The notes under the pieces are model-generated. The model made no database searches. It was not told the DNA's origin and worked only from the letters and a program-made list of their open reading frames with translations. Below, one piece after another: positions 1-9,500 of a stretch of 64,000 nucleotides of DNA (the first letter of the stretch is position 1; every line of letters begins with the position of its first letter). Both the position numbers and the translations under genes were made by a program. Origin of the DNA: Clostridia bacterium (GTDB lineage: Bacteria; Bacillota; Clostridia; Oscillospirales; CAG-272); the NCBI GenBank assembly GCA_017502875.1, contig JAFVUF010000012.1, positions 23,388 to 87,387 of the forward strand, given 5' to 3'.

Positions 1-63
1 TATCGCCTTTTCAACCACGGGAAGATCACTTGCGCTGCCCATTAAAATTCCGACCTTTTTCAT
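1..63 (-). CDS. purE: 5-(carboxyamino)imidazole ribonucleotide mutase, 5' end only (runs off window)
   Basis: Reverse complement reads ATG AAA AAG GTC... = MKKVGILMGSASDLPVVEKAI, the PurE N-terminal motif; AAGGAG RBS upstream. Confidence 0.9.
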   Translation of the reverse strand, partial: MKKVGILMGSASDLPVVEKAI

Positions 64-104
64 TTTCGCCGTACTCCTTAATTATTAAATATAACTTATA
101 TGTT

Positions 105-134
105 ATTATAACATATAATAGGGCATTCTGTCAA
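105..134 (-). promoter_or_regulatory. sigmaA promoter for purE
   Basis: TTGACA-18-TATAAT with extended TG on the minus strand. Confidence 0.75.
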
Positions 135-271
135 GTATAATAACCCTATCAGAATGCCCAATATTACCATTATTTTATTAATATCTTGCCGTCAAAAAGC
201 AATACGTAAAAGCCCTTTCGGGTATCGAAAAAGCCGAAGCTGCTGCCAAGCGTCCCTGACAGCTTGAAAAA

Positions 272-691
272 TTATTGCTCCGGCGCCTTTGCCTCACAGT
301 AGCGGCAGCGGTAAAGCCTCGTACCCGCGTCGCGAAGCTCAAATATCTGAGGCACCGCCTCAACCGAGGTAATACATCTCGGGTTTTTGCACCTGACAAC
401 ATCACGGAGCAAAACGGGAAGCTGAATACGTTTTTTCTCCACGAGCTGACTGTTTTCGATAACGTTTACGGTTATTTCGGGGTCTACGTAGCCGATTATA
501 TCAAGGTCAAGATCCATTTTGGTGTCAATCTTAATGATGTCCTTTTTGCCCATACGCTTGCTCGATACGTTCTTAATAATAGCAACGGTACATTCAAGCT
601 TATCGAGCTCGAGCAGATGGTAAAGCTTCATTGCCTGACCTGCTTTTATGTGGTCGATGACCACTCCGTTCTTAATGGAATCTACGTTCAT
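272..691 (-). CDS. pyrI: aspartate carbamoyltransferase regulatory chain
   Basis: IKNGVVIDHI, KKDIIKI, Zn site CKNPRCIT...CRYCE; follows pyrB. Confidence 0.95.
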   Translation of the reverse strand: MNVDSIKNGVVIDHIKAGQAMKLYHLLELDKLECTVAIIKNVSSKRMGKKDIIKIDTKMDLDLDIIGYVDPEITVNVIENSQLVEKKRIQLPVLLRDVVRCKNPRCITSVEAVPQIFELRDAGTRLYRCRYCEAKAPEQ

Positions 692-710
692 TTCGTTACT
701 CCTTTACAAA

Positions 711-829
711 TTTTCGGCAAAGACGAAAACTTCACTTCGCCTAAACGGCGAAACTTCACTTTTACCGTAGGTAAAAACTTCACTTGGCATAAGCAAACTT
801 CACTTTCGTCAAAGACGAAAACATCACTT
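711..829. repeat. AACTTCACT-linked hairpin array, copy 1 (5 units)
   Basis: AAC(T/A)TCACT at 728, 752, 776, 796 and 820, each preceded by a short stem-loop. Confidence 0.9.
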
Positions 830-852
830 ACACCTCGCACCGACGGTGCGAT

Positions 853-993
853 AACTTTTTTCTTTGCAAGCAGCAGGCGCAAAGAAAAAAGTAACAAAAA
901 AGAAACGCCGACAAAGGTATTTCGCTCTCTGCGGAGAGCGACAAGAGCTCTGCGCCCTTGACCGCACCGCCTTTGAAAAGGCGGGCGAAACTT
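853..993. repeat. palindromic intergenic repeat family B, copy 1
   Basis: TTTCGCTCTCTGCGGAGAGCG hairpin plus CCGCCTTTGAAAAGGCGG hairpin; homologous to 27261-27343 and, inverted, to 48847-49080. Confidence 0.85.
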
Positions 994-1018
994 AAAAAAA
1001 CGATGTCTTATGAAATTT

Positions 1019-1930
1019 TTACACGCCCAGCAGCTTCATCACAAGCGCCATACGGATATATTTTCCGTTTCTGACCTGTCTGAAATACGCGGCTCTTGGG
1101 TCGTCATCAATGTCAACGTGTATCTCGTTAACTCTCGGCAACGGATGAAGCACTCTCATATCCTTACTTGCGTGTTTCATTTTGTCCGATGTAAGAATAT
1201 AGCTATCCTTTAAGCGAAGATAATCCTCCTCGTTAAAGAAGCGCTCCCTTTGAACTCTTGTCATATAAAGAATATCCAGCTCACCTATAACTCCGTCAAG
1301 GTCCTTGGTCTCGGTATAAGTAAGTCCGTTCTTTTCAAGAACTCCGTCCTTGATGTAGCCCGGAAGCTTCAATTCGTCTGGGGATATAAGCACGAATTTT
1401 ATTCCCGTGTATCTTGAAAGCGCCGAGATAAGCGAATGAACTGTACGTCCGAATTTAAGGTCTCCGCAAAATCCTACGGTAAGGTCGGTAAGTCTGCCCA
1501 TCTCCTTTTTTATCGTGAAAAGGTCGGTGAGTGTCTGGGTGGGGTGGTTATGACCTCCGTCCCCCGCGTTAATAATCGGACATTCCGAGCTGTACGAGGC
1601 GACAAGCGGAGCGCCCTCCTTTGGGTGTCGCATAACGACAATATCGGAGTAAATGCTCGCCGTTCTCACAGTATCTGAAACGCTCTCTCCCTTTGTGGTG
1701 GAGCTGCTCCCCGCGTCAGAAAAGCCAAGCACACTTCCCCCAAGCCCGTACATAGCGCTCTCAAAGCTTAGTCTGGTCCTTGTTGAAGGCTCAAAGAACA
1801 GCGTCGCCATAACCTTGTTTTTGCATTTTTCAGTATACTTATCCGGATTTTCAACTATATCCTGAGCAACATCAATAAGTCCGTCTATCTCCTCTACCGA
1901 GAGATCCATAATATCGATAAGATTTCTCAT
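1019..1930 (-). CDS. pyrB: aspartate carbamoyltransferase catalytic chain
   Basis: [21 protein letters not shown] and HPLPR motifs; start moved to the ATG after GAAAGGA. Confidence 0.97.
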   Translation of the reverse strand: MRNLIDIMDLSVEEIDGLIDVAQDIVENPDKYTEKCKNKVMATLFFEPSTRTRLSFESAMYGLGGSVLGFSDAGSSSTTKGESVSDTVRTASIYSDIVVMRHPKEGAPLVASYSSECPIINAGDGGHNHPTQTLTDLFTIKKEMGRLTDLTVGFCGDLKFGRTVHSLISALSRYTGIKFVLISPDELKLPGYIKDGVLEKNGLTYTETKDLDGVIGELDILYMTRVQRERFFNEEDYLRLKDSYILTSDKMKHASKDMRVLHPLPRVNEIHVDIDDDPRAAYFRQVRNGKYIRMALVMKLLGV

Positions 1931-1950
1931 ATAAAGCTTCCTTTCAGTAT

Positions 1951-2607
1951 TCAAGCCTTTGCGCCGTTTATCGCAAGATAATTCTTTATCCTATCAACGT
2001 TTTCCTTATTTTTTTCGTCCTCCTCAAGATACTCAATGATGTCGTAAACGTCAACTATCGAATATACGGGGAAGCCGAACTGCTCCTCAATTTCCTGCAT
2101 AGCGCCCTTGTCTGTCTGACCCTTTTCCTTTCGGTCAACCATGATGAAGGTAGCGGCGACCTTTACGCCGTCAAGGTGAGAAAGTATCTCCATGCTCTCA
2201 CGGATAGCCGTTCCGGCAGTGATGACGTCCTCAATGATAACGACCTCCTCGTTTTCCTGCGGAACGTAGCCTACGAAAACTCCGCCCTCGCCGTGATCCT
2301 TTACCTCTTTTCTGTTGAAGAAGAAGGGAACGTTGAGCTCCTGCTTGGAAAGCGCTACCGCCGCGGAGACCGCAAGGGAGATTCCCTTATAAGCGGGTCC
2401 GTAAAGCACCGCCTTCTTTGCGCCGAGCTTTTCTGTGTAGGCTCTTGCGTAGAACTCACCGAGCCTTGCTATGTCGTTTCCTGTCTTTATCATACCGGCA
2501 TTTATGAAATAGGGTATCTTTCTTCCGCTTTTCGCGGTAAAATCACCGAATTTAAGCACGCCAGCGCCCTCTAAAAACTGTATAAACTCTCTCTTGTACT
2601 GCTCCAT
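1951..2607 (-). CDS. pyrE: orotate phosphoribosyltransferase
   Basis: [37 protein letters not shown]; start at MEQYK after AAGGAG. Confidence 0.95.
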   Translation of the reverse strand: MEQYKREFIQFLEGAGVLKFGDFTAKSGRKIPYFINAGMIKTGNDIARLGEFYARAYTEKLGAKKAVLYGPAYKGISLAVSAAVALSKQELNVPFFFNRKEVKDHGEGGVFVGYVPQENEEVVIIEDVITAGTAIRESMEILSHLDGVKVAATFIMVDRKEKGQTDKGAMQEIEEQFGFPVYSIVDVYDIIEYLEEDEKNKENVDRIKNYLAINGAKA

Positions 2608-2625
2608 TTTATTTTCTCCTTTTAT

Positions 2626-2723
2626 AACTTCGCCTGCAAGGCGAAACTTCACTTTTACCTTGGGTAAAAACTTCACTTGGCGTAAGCCGAATTTCACTTT
2701 CGTCAAAGACGAAAACATCACTT
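2626..2723. repeat. AACTTCACT-linked hairpin array, copy 2 (4 units)
   Basis: Linker at 2645, 2669, 2690 and 2714; same hairpin order as 711-829. Confidence 0.9.
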
Positions 2724-2752
2724 TTAGCTCGCGCCTACGGTGCGAAAGCTTT

Positions 2753-3451
2753 TTAATCGCAGAATTCCTTAACGCATCTCTCGTAAGCCGCTACGGGATC
2801 GGACGCCGCTGTTATCGGTCTGCCGACAACAATGTAGTCCGAGCCGATTATTTTTGCTTGCTCAGGCGTCATAACTCTTTTCTGATCTCCTATATCACCG
2901 TCAGCGAAGCGCACGCCGGGAGTAACCGTAACGAAGCCGTTTCCGCAGGTATCGTGAACCTTACCGGCTTCAAGCGGCGAGCAGACCACTCCGTCAAGTC
3001 CCGCCTCCTTTGCGTTATGAGCGTAGTGCATTACCACCCTGTCAATAGGCTCCTTAATAAGTAAATCGTTTTCCATGCTCTCCTGATCGGTAGAGGTAAG
3101 CTGAGTTACGGCGATAAGCATAGGTCTGCTTCCGTCCTCTCTCGTAAGTCCCTCGATAGCCGCCTCCATCATTCTCTTTGTGCCTGCGGCGTGAAGATTT
3201 GTCATATCAACATCAAGACGGGAAAGCACCGCCATGGACTTTTTAACCGTATTAGGTATATCGTGGAGCTTGAGGTCAAGGAAAATCTTGTGTCCTCTCC
3301 TCTTTATTTCCTTTACTATCGACGGTCCCTCCGCGTAGTAAAGCTCCATACCTATCTTAACAAACGGCTTTCTGCCCGTAAATTTGTCAAGAAAAGCAAA
3401 TGTTTTTTCCGCGCTGTCAAAATCACACGCGATGATAACGTCCTTTCCCAT
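2753..3451 (-). CDS. pyrF: orotidine-5'-phosphate decarboxylase
   Basis: FLDLKLHDIPNTV, AVTQLTS, TPGVR, VVGRPIT. Confidence 0.97.
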   Translation of the reverse strand: MGKDVIIACDFDSAEKTFAFLDKFTGRKPFVKIGMELYYAEGPSIVKEIKRRGHKIFLDLKLHDIPNTVKKSMAVLSRLDVDMTNLHAAGTKRMMEAAIEGLTREDGSRPMLIAVTQLTSTDQESMENDLLIKEPIDRVVMHYAHNAKEAGLDGVVCSPLEAGKVHDTCGNGFVTVTPGVRFADGDIGDQKRVMTPEQAKIIGSDYIVVGRPITAASDPVAAYERCVKEFCD

Positions 3452-4368
3452 CAGTGCGCCCTCCCTATTATATCTGTTAATTTATTAATTTTGTACTTTT
3501 CCATTACTCTCGGTAAATCGTTTATTATGTCGCGGCAAGCGTACGGGTTAATGAGGTTTTCAGCGCCGACCTGAACTGCCGTTGCGCCCGCCATCATCAT
3601 TTCGATAACGTCCTCGGCTCTTGCGATACCGCCCATACCGATTATCGGAATTTTTACCGCCTCGTAAACCTGATAGACCATACGGACAGCCACGGGCTTT
3701 ATCGCTCTTCCCGAAAAGCCTCCCATCTTGTTTGCGATTACGGGCTTGCCTGTCTTTAAATCTATCCGCATACCGAGCAGAGTGTTAATCATACTGATAC
3801 CGTCAGCGCCCGCCTCCTCACAAGCCTTAGCGACGGAAACGATATCGGTAACGTTTGGAGTAAGCTTAATATATACGGGCTTTTTGGTAACCGCCTTTAC
3901 CGCCTTTGTTACCTCGTAGGCGTTTTTCGGGTCGGTTCCAAAGCTCATTCCGCCGTTATGAACGTTAGGACAGCTTATGTTTATTTCAAGTATACCTATC
4001 TGCTCCTCCTTATCAAGAAGCTCGGACGTGTAGGCGTATTCATCTATCCCGAAACCGCTGATATTGGCTATCGCCTTTTTATTAAAGCATTTTTTCAGCT
4101 TCGGAAGCTCGTCCGATATTACCTTGTGAACACCGGGATTTTGCAGTCCGACGCTGTTGATAAGTGCCTCTGTGCATTCCGCTATTCTTGGGGTTGGGTT
4201 GCCAAAGCGCGCGTCCTTGGTAGTGCCTTTAAGCGAGATAGAGCCAAGAACATTTATATCGTAAAAATCCGCGAACTCATAGCCGAACCCAAACGTTCCG
4301 CTTGCGGGAATTACAGGGTTGTCAAGCTTAAGACCGCTAAGCGTTACCGCTGTATCAAAATTTACCAT
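3451..4368 (-). CDS. pyrD: dihydroorotate dehydrogenase B catalytic subunit
   Basis: ASGTFGFG, GNPTPRIAE, EINISCPNV, KLTPNVTDI; start at MVNFD. Confidence 0.95.
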   Translation of the reverse strand: MVNFDTAVTLSGLKLDNPVIPASGTFGFGYEFADFYDINVLGSISLKGTTKDARFGNPTPRIAECTEALINSVGLQNPGVHKVISDELPKLKKCFNKKAIANISGFGIDEYAYTSELLDKEEQIGILEINISCPNVHNGGMSFGTDPKNAYEVTKAVKAVTKKPVYIKLTPNVTDIVSVAKACEEAGADGISMINTLLGMRIDLKTGKPVIANKMGGFSGRAIKPVAVRMVYQVYEAVKIPIIGMGGIARAEDVIEMMMAGATAVQVGAENLINPYACRDIINDLPRVMEKYKINKLTDIIGRAH

Positions 4369-4382
4369 TTCAAGCTCTCCTC

Positions 4383-5111
4383 TCACCAGATTATTTCTTC
4401 CTTAACAAGCACAGGTCCGTCCTTGCATATGCGCTTGTTGCCGTACTTCGTTTTGCAGGTACAGCCCATACAAGCGCCAAAGCCGCAGCCCATTCTCTCC
4501 TCAAAGGAGAACTGACCGCTTGTTTTGCCCGTATTGTAAACCGCTTTAAGCATAGGCTCAGGACCGCAGCAGAAGGTATATGTGTAATCAAAATCCATTG
4601 CGTTTGTTACAAAGCCCTTAGTTCCGTAGCTGCCGTCAACCGTGGTAACAATGACCTCGCAGCCAATTTTTTTGAACTCATTTTCGGCGAATATCTCACC
4701 CGCGGTGTTGAATCCGAGAATCGCCGTAACACTTTTGCCCTCGGCGATAAGCTCCTTGGCGAGCTTAAACATAGGAGGCACACCGACACCGCCGCCGATA
4801 ACGACGGGCTTGTCTCCGGATAACGAAGTGTCGAAGCCGTTGCCAAGACCGATAAGCACGTCCAGCTCCTTGCCCTCGGCAAGCGTAGCCATGTACTCAG
4901 TACCCTCGCCCACCACCTTATAAATAATGGTAACGAAATCCTCTCCGCAGTCGTAAACGGAGATAGGGCGGCGCAGATAGAAGCCGTCAAGCTTAATGTT
5001 TATAAACTGTCCGGGCTTTGTAATACCCGAGCAATCGCCTGAAAGAGTCATCTGCCAAACAGTATCTGTCAGCGCTTTGTTTTCTTCAATTTTCAAAATA
5101 ACGTTTTTCAT
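4383..5111 (-). CDS. pyrK: dihydroorotate dehydrogenase electron transfer subunit
   Basis: LRRPIS, GGGVGVPP, CGPEPM, MGCGFGACMGC...RICKDGPV 2Fe-2S motif. Confidence 0.95.
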   Translation of the reverse strand: MKNVILKIEENKALTDTVWQMTLSGDCSGITKPGQFINIKLDGFYLRRPISVYDCGEDFVTIIYKVVGEGTEYMATLAEGKELDVLIGLGNGFDTSLSGDKPVVIGGGVGVPPMFKLAKELIAEGKSVTAILGFNTAGEIFAENEFKKIGCEVIVTTVDGSYGTKGFVTNAMDFDYTYTFCCGPEPMLKAVYNTGKTSGQFSFEERMGCGFGACMGCTCKTKYGNKRICKDGPVLVKEEIIW

Positions 5112-6391
5112 TTCTGATTTTCCTTTTTATATACTACCTTGCCGTTATATACCGTCATCATACAGGCTCCGTACACCCTCTTGCCTTCAAACGGAGTCGC
5201 CTTGCCCATCGACACAAAATCCTTCGGTTCAACCGTATATTCCGTATCAAGCTCAAAGACGCACATACTGCCGTTTTCATAACCCACGGGGAGCGAAAAA
5301 CGGTTTGCGGGTGCGATGGACATAACCTCAACCAGCTTTTCGAGAGTGATTATTCCCGTCCTTACAAGGTCAGTGTAAAGCACCGCGAACGCCGTTTCAA
5401 GACCAACCACACCCATAGCGCTGCCCGCAAGCCCCTTCGACTTTTCCTCAGCGGAATGAGGCGCATGGTCTGTGGCAATCATATCAACCGTACCGTCGAT
5501 AAGTCCCTCAATAAGCGCTCTTTTGTCCTCCTCGCTTCTCAACGGAGGATTCATTTTGAAGCGCCCCTCGTCCTTTAAATCCATATCCGTCATTGTAAGG
5601 TAATGCGGACCTGTCTCGCACGTAACGTCAAGCCCCTCTGCCTTTGCCCTGCGGATAAGCTCAACGCTCTCCTTGGTCGATATATGGCATACGTGATAGG
5701 AGCAGCCCGTTTCCTTTACGAGCTTAAGGTCTCGCTCGACCTGCTTCCACTCGCTCTCGGAGCTGATGCCTATAAATCCGTTTTTCCTTGCGTACTCGCC
5801 GTCGTGGATACAGCCGCCCTTGCTTATAAGCGACATATCCTCGCAGTGAGCCACTATTATCTTACCAAGCGCCTTAGCTTTAAGCATAGCCTTACGCATA
5901 AGCTCCTCGGTCTGAATACCGCTTCCGTCGTCGGAAAATCCCGCAACCCTGTCAGCCATGCTCTCCATATCGGAAAGCGCCTGTCCCTGACGTGAAGCGG
6001 TTATCGTTCCGTAAGGCAGAACGTGAATTAAGGCGTCCTTTTCTATTATACTGAGCTGCTGACCAAGTGTTTCGGCGGAATCGGGAGCTGGGTTTAGGTT
6101 GGGCATAGGGCAAACGGAAACGTAACCGCCCCTTGCCGCCGAAGCCGTACCGCTTTTAACCGTTTCTTTATAAGAAAAGCCCGGCTCTCGCAAATGTACG
6201 TGAACATCTGCAAAACCGGGAAAAACGAATAACGGCTTGCTCTTTTTATCGGACGTCAAAGCGCCTCCGCCCGTAGCATCGGAGATGATTACTGTACCGT
6301 TTTGAAGCTCGACGTCGGCAGTTTTAAAGATTCCGTTATCAAACACCGCGCAGTCGGAAAGCTTAAAATTTTCAGCCGCCTTTTTAGTCAT
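5108..6391 (-). CDS. pyrC: dihydroorotase
   Basis: DVHVHLREPG, MPNL, FKMNPPLR, IATDHAPH. Confidence 0.95.
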   Translation of the reverse strand: MTKKAAENFKLSDCAVFDNGIFKTADVELQNGTVIISDATGGGALTSDKKSKPLFVFPGFADVHVHLREPGFSYKETVKSGTASAARGGYVSVCPMPNLNPAPDSAETLGQQLSIIEKDALIHVLPYGTITASRQGQALSDMESMADRVAGFSDDGSGIQTEELMRKAMLKAKALGKIIVAHCEDMSLISKGGCIHDGEYARKNGFIGISSESEWKQVERDLKLVKETGCSYHVCHISTKESVELIRRAKAEGLDVTCETGPHYLTMTDMDLKDEGRFKMNPPLRSEEDKRALIEGLIDGTVDMIATDHAPHSAEEKSKGLAGSAMGVVGLETAFAVLYTDLVRTGIITLEKLVEVMSIAPANRFSLPVGYENGSMCVFELDTEYTVEPKDFVSMGKATPFEGKRVYGACMMTVYNGKVVYKKENQK

Positions 6392-6440
6392 AAGCAAGTC
6401 CTTTCAGCTTTAATTTCGTCTTAAAAATTCTTCATCTATT

Positions 6441-6469
6441 AGTATAACATTTTTTATTAAAAAAAGCAA
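6441..6469 (-). promoter_or_regulatory. sigmaA promoter of pyr operon
   Basis: TTGCTT-17-TATACT with extended TG. Confidence 0.6.
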
Positions 6470-6501
6470 TAGGATTTTCAAGGAATTTATAAAAAAACTA
6501 A

Positions 6502-6531
6502 AAATGGCTGAGTCGCTTGACTCAGCCATTT
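6502..6531 (-). terminator. intrinsic terminator after the large lipoprotein gene
   Basis: AAATGGCTGAGTC/GACTCAGCCATTT stem followed by a T-run on the minus strand. Confidence 0.85.
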
Positions 6532-6550
6532 CATGTTTTGTTTACTGATA

Positions 6551-9500
6551 TTACTCAGCTATCCATTTAGCCTTGATGAGCTTATCGTTTCCGTTAGCGG
6601 ATATAATAACCTCAGGGCAAACGGTTGATACGTAATTAACAGTAGTAAGAGCAGTTCCGCTGAACGCGAACTGTTGAACCTCGGTAAGAACCGCGTTAAT
6701 GGTTATGGTTGTAAGTTTTTTGCATCCGAAGAACGCGCCGTTGCTTATCACCGCGCAATTTTCGGGAAGCTTAATGCTTTCAAGAGCAGTACAGCCGTAG
6801 AATATCTCCGCGGGAAGGACTGTCATATCCGCAGGAAGTGTTACGTTCACAAGCTTATCGCAATCCCTGAATGCTCCGTCAGCAACCTTAACGCCCGCGG
6901 GAATTACCACAGAGGTTATATCGGTGTCCGCGAATACCCTACCGAGTATAACAGGCTTGCCGGAGTAGGTTGAAGGAATGACTATCTCAGTAGCATTGCC
7001 CTCGTAACCGGTGATTACGTACGCGCCGTTATTGTTGTAGGTAAATTCAAGTCCCTGTGTTCCTTCGTAAATAGCGGGTACCTTTTCCGTAGTATCTGGC
7101 TTAGGCTGACCGCAGACGGTACAAGGTATGTACCTGATTCCCTCAATAGTCTTATCAGCAGCGTTGGTGTAGAAGTACTCCTCACTGTAGGTGTGGCCAC
7201 CTGTTGCGGGGATTACACACTCCTGCTTCTCAGCTTCAGAACCTACCACAGACTTCTTAGCTCCGCAGACTTGACATATTGCTTCTCTGTGTCCGTTTTT
7301 ACCGCAGGTTTCTTCCTCAACTATTGTAAATTCACCCCATACGTGAGGCTCCTTGCCAAGCTCTACCTCGTATTCCTCTACAAACTCTCCGCATACACGG
7401 CAGTTGTACTGAACGCCCTTATAAGAAGTGCAGCTCTTATCGACAAAGATAACGATGTAATCAGCAGGCATATCGTGTCCGAGCGCAGGAAGAACGGTTT
7501 CGCTCTTTACGTAGTCGCAACCCTCTCTGTCGCACTTAACAACTATACTTCCGTCATTTACACAGTCAGCAGGTGTATTAATAGTAACCATGCTGTGCTC
7601 AAGCTTCGTTCCCTCGTAGGTGATTTTTACGTTCTCGTGGCAAACCACACATTCACCGACAGAATATCTGTCGTTATAGCAGTCCGCCTCGGTTACGGTA
7701 GCGCTGGCGTCGTGCTTATGACCGAGAGGAGCAGTATTTACCAAGAATTTATTGTAGCTATGGCTTTCGCCACAGGTATATCCGGAACAGTTTTCGTTAA
7801 CGCAAACGTATACGTCAACGCCACCCTCGGTGCAGGTTGCGGCTACGTAGCCGTCCTCAGCGGTAGCGTCGTCCTTACGCACGTAATTGTGCAGGAGAGC
7901 GTCGGTAACCTCTTTTGTCTTGTAGTCGCAGCCCTCATTTGTGCACTTGTAAACATTCTTGCCGTTTGTATCGCAGTTTGCGGGAACGCACTCCGTCGCT
8001 ACAAGCTCAAGGGTGTGGCCCTGACCGCGAACAACGGTAACCTCTTTGTAGCCGCACTCGGAGCATACCTTATAGGTATATCCGATTCCGTCGCAGCCTA
8101 CCGCTTCAACAACCGTTGCCTCTCCGAAGGTATGCTCAGCGCAAGGCGAGCCTTCCACAGCGTAACCGGTATTCTCAAGCGTGATGTCAGCCTTGACAAG
8201 AGTTATACTCTCAAGGTAAACTGTAAGTCCGTCAACGGGAGCAAAATGCTCTACGTTTGTACAGTTTTCATCTGTGCAAGAGGTGTCTGTATGAGCGCCG
8301 GTAGTCATGCCGGAGAACATTAATTCAAGACTTTCGATGTTATTCCAGCCAGCGTTGACAGGCATAGATATTTCATGCCAGCCGGTGCTGTAATTATCAA
8401 CAGGTCCGTTTATTACGCTATCATCGGCATTATTCGCATTTACCTGAATGTTGTAGCCATTCTGAGTTTTATTCTTAACGTATACTCTGAACACTACCTC
8501 GGAATAACCGGTCAAATCGTAATTTCCGTTGGAATTAATGGGCGCGCCATTCAAATCAAAGAATGCTATGTTCTTCGCGCCGTTTGTTTTGTGATCGTTG
8601 CTGGAAAGCACCCAGATGCCGCCCTCGGTAACCTCATCACCCATGGGATCAATCATAACGTATCTGAGGTTGCCCTCAGCAAGCGCGTCAGCAGGCGCCT
8701 TTTCAAGAGACAGGTAGCTGTGCTCTATTTCGGTGTAATAATATCCGTTTGCGATTGTGCTGCCCAAAACTCTTATGCCATTGCCGCTCATAAGATGAGC
8801 TATCTTCTCGGTACCGTCAAATTTAACAACTACGTTTATGTCGCCGTCAACAACCTTATCGCCAACGGTCTTGCCCGAGTAGTTAGACGGAGTAACGTAA
8901 TCCGCAAAGTAGTCTATCTCGTTGATAAGAATATCAATGTTGTTACCCGCGGCGCCCTCCTGAGAGAGTATCTTATAGGTGAGCTTACTGGACGGATAAG
9001 CATAGTCATGATAGCTGTAATCATAGCTGTCAAGAACCATTTCTCCGTCGATATAGATATCATAGGTCTTGGCAGTCTCGTTATCTACTACGTAGAAATC
9101 AAGCGTTTCGTTTGCGTATACTCTACGAAGCACTCCGCCGTCCTCTGTTTTGATAACGCCGTACGGCTTATTTGTTCCGTCCTCGATACCAACGTATTCA
9201 TAATGTAAGAACGGGAATTCAACAGTTTGCGAGCCGTTAGGTCCTCCATTTTCAACCCGTCCCTTAAATATACCTATTTTACCCGTTACCTCGGTAAAGG
9301 TAATATTGGTATGGAAGGTGTATGTGCCGCCGTTAGTAAATCCTTCGTGCTGAATATATGAGTTGCCTCCATTTGTCGACACACTTGGGATGTTAGCATT
9401 ATACTGATAGCGGAAGGCGTCGTTAACGCTGTCGTTGTTTTTATCATACAGCGAGAGCTTGGCATTGCTCTTATGATTAAAGTTTGCTCCGCCGATTTTT

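Noticed and set aside
64-270. Purine, ZTP or PRPP riboswitch upstream of purE
   Set aside because: I could not find the conserved cores, and the purE promoter lies only about 40 nt from the start codon
711-829. CRISPR array
   Set aside because: The repeat is only 9 nt, the spacers are 11-15-nt palindromes reused in the second array, and there are no cas genes in the window
688-897. 69-aa ORF upstream of pyrI (and the similar 38-aa N-terminal extension of pyrE, 2608-2721)
   Set aside because: Both are read-throughs of the 24/21-nt-period repeat (VKF repeats); the real RBSs sit at the downstream ATGs
7630-7660. Multiheme cytochrome reading of the Cys-rich lipoprotein
   Set aside because: I saw only one CxxCH (CVVCH); the other motifs are mostly CxxC(G/D/S) with a distant His
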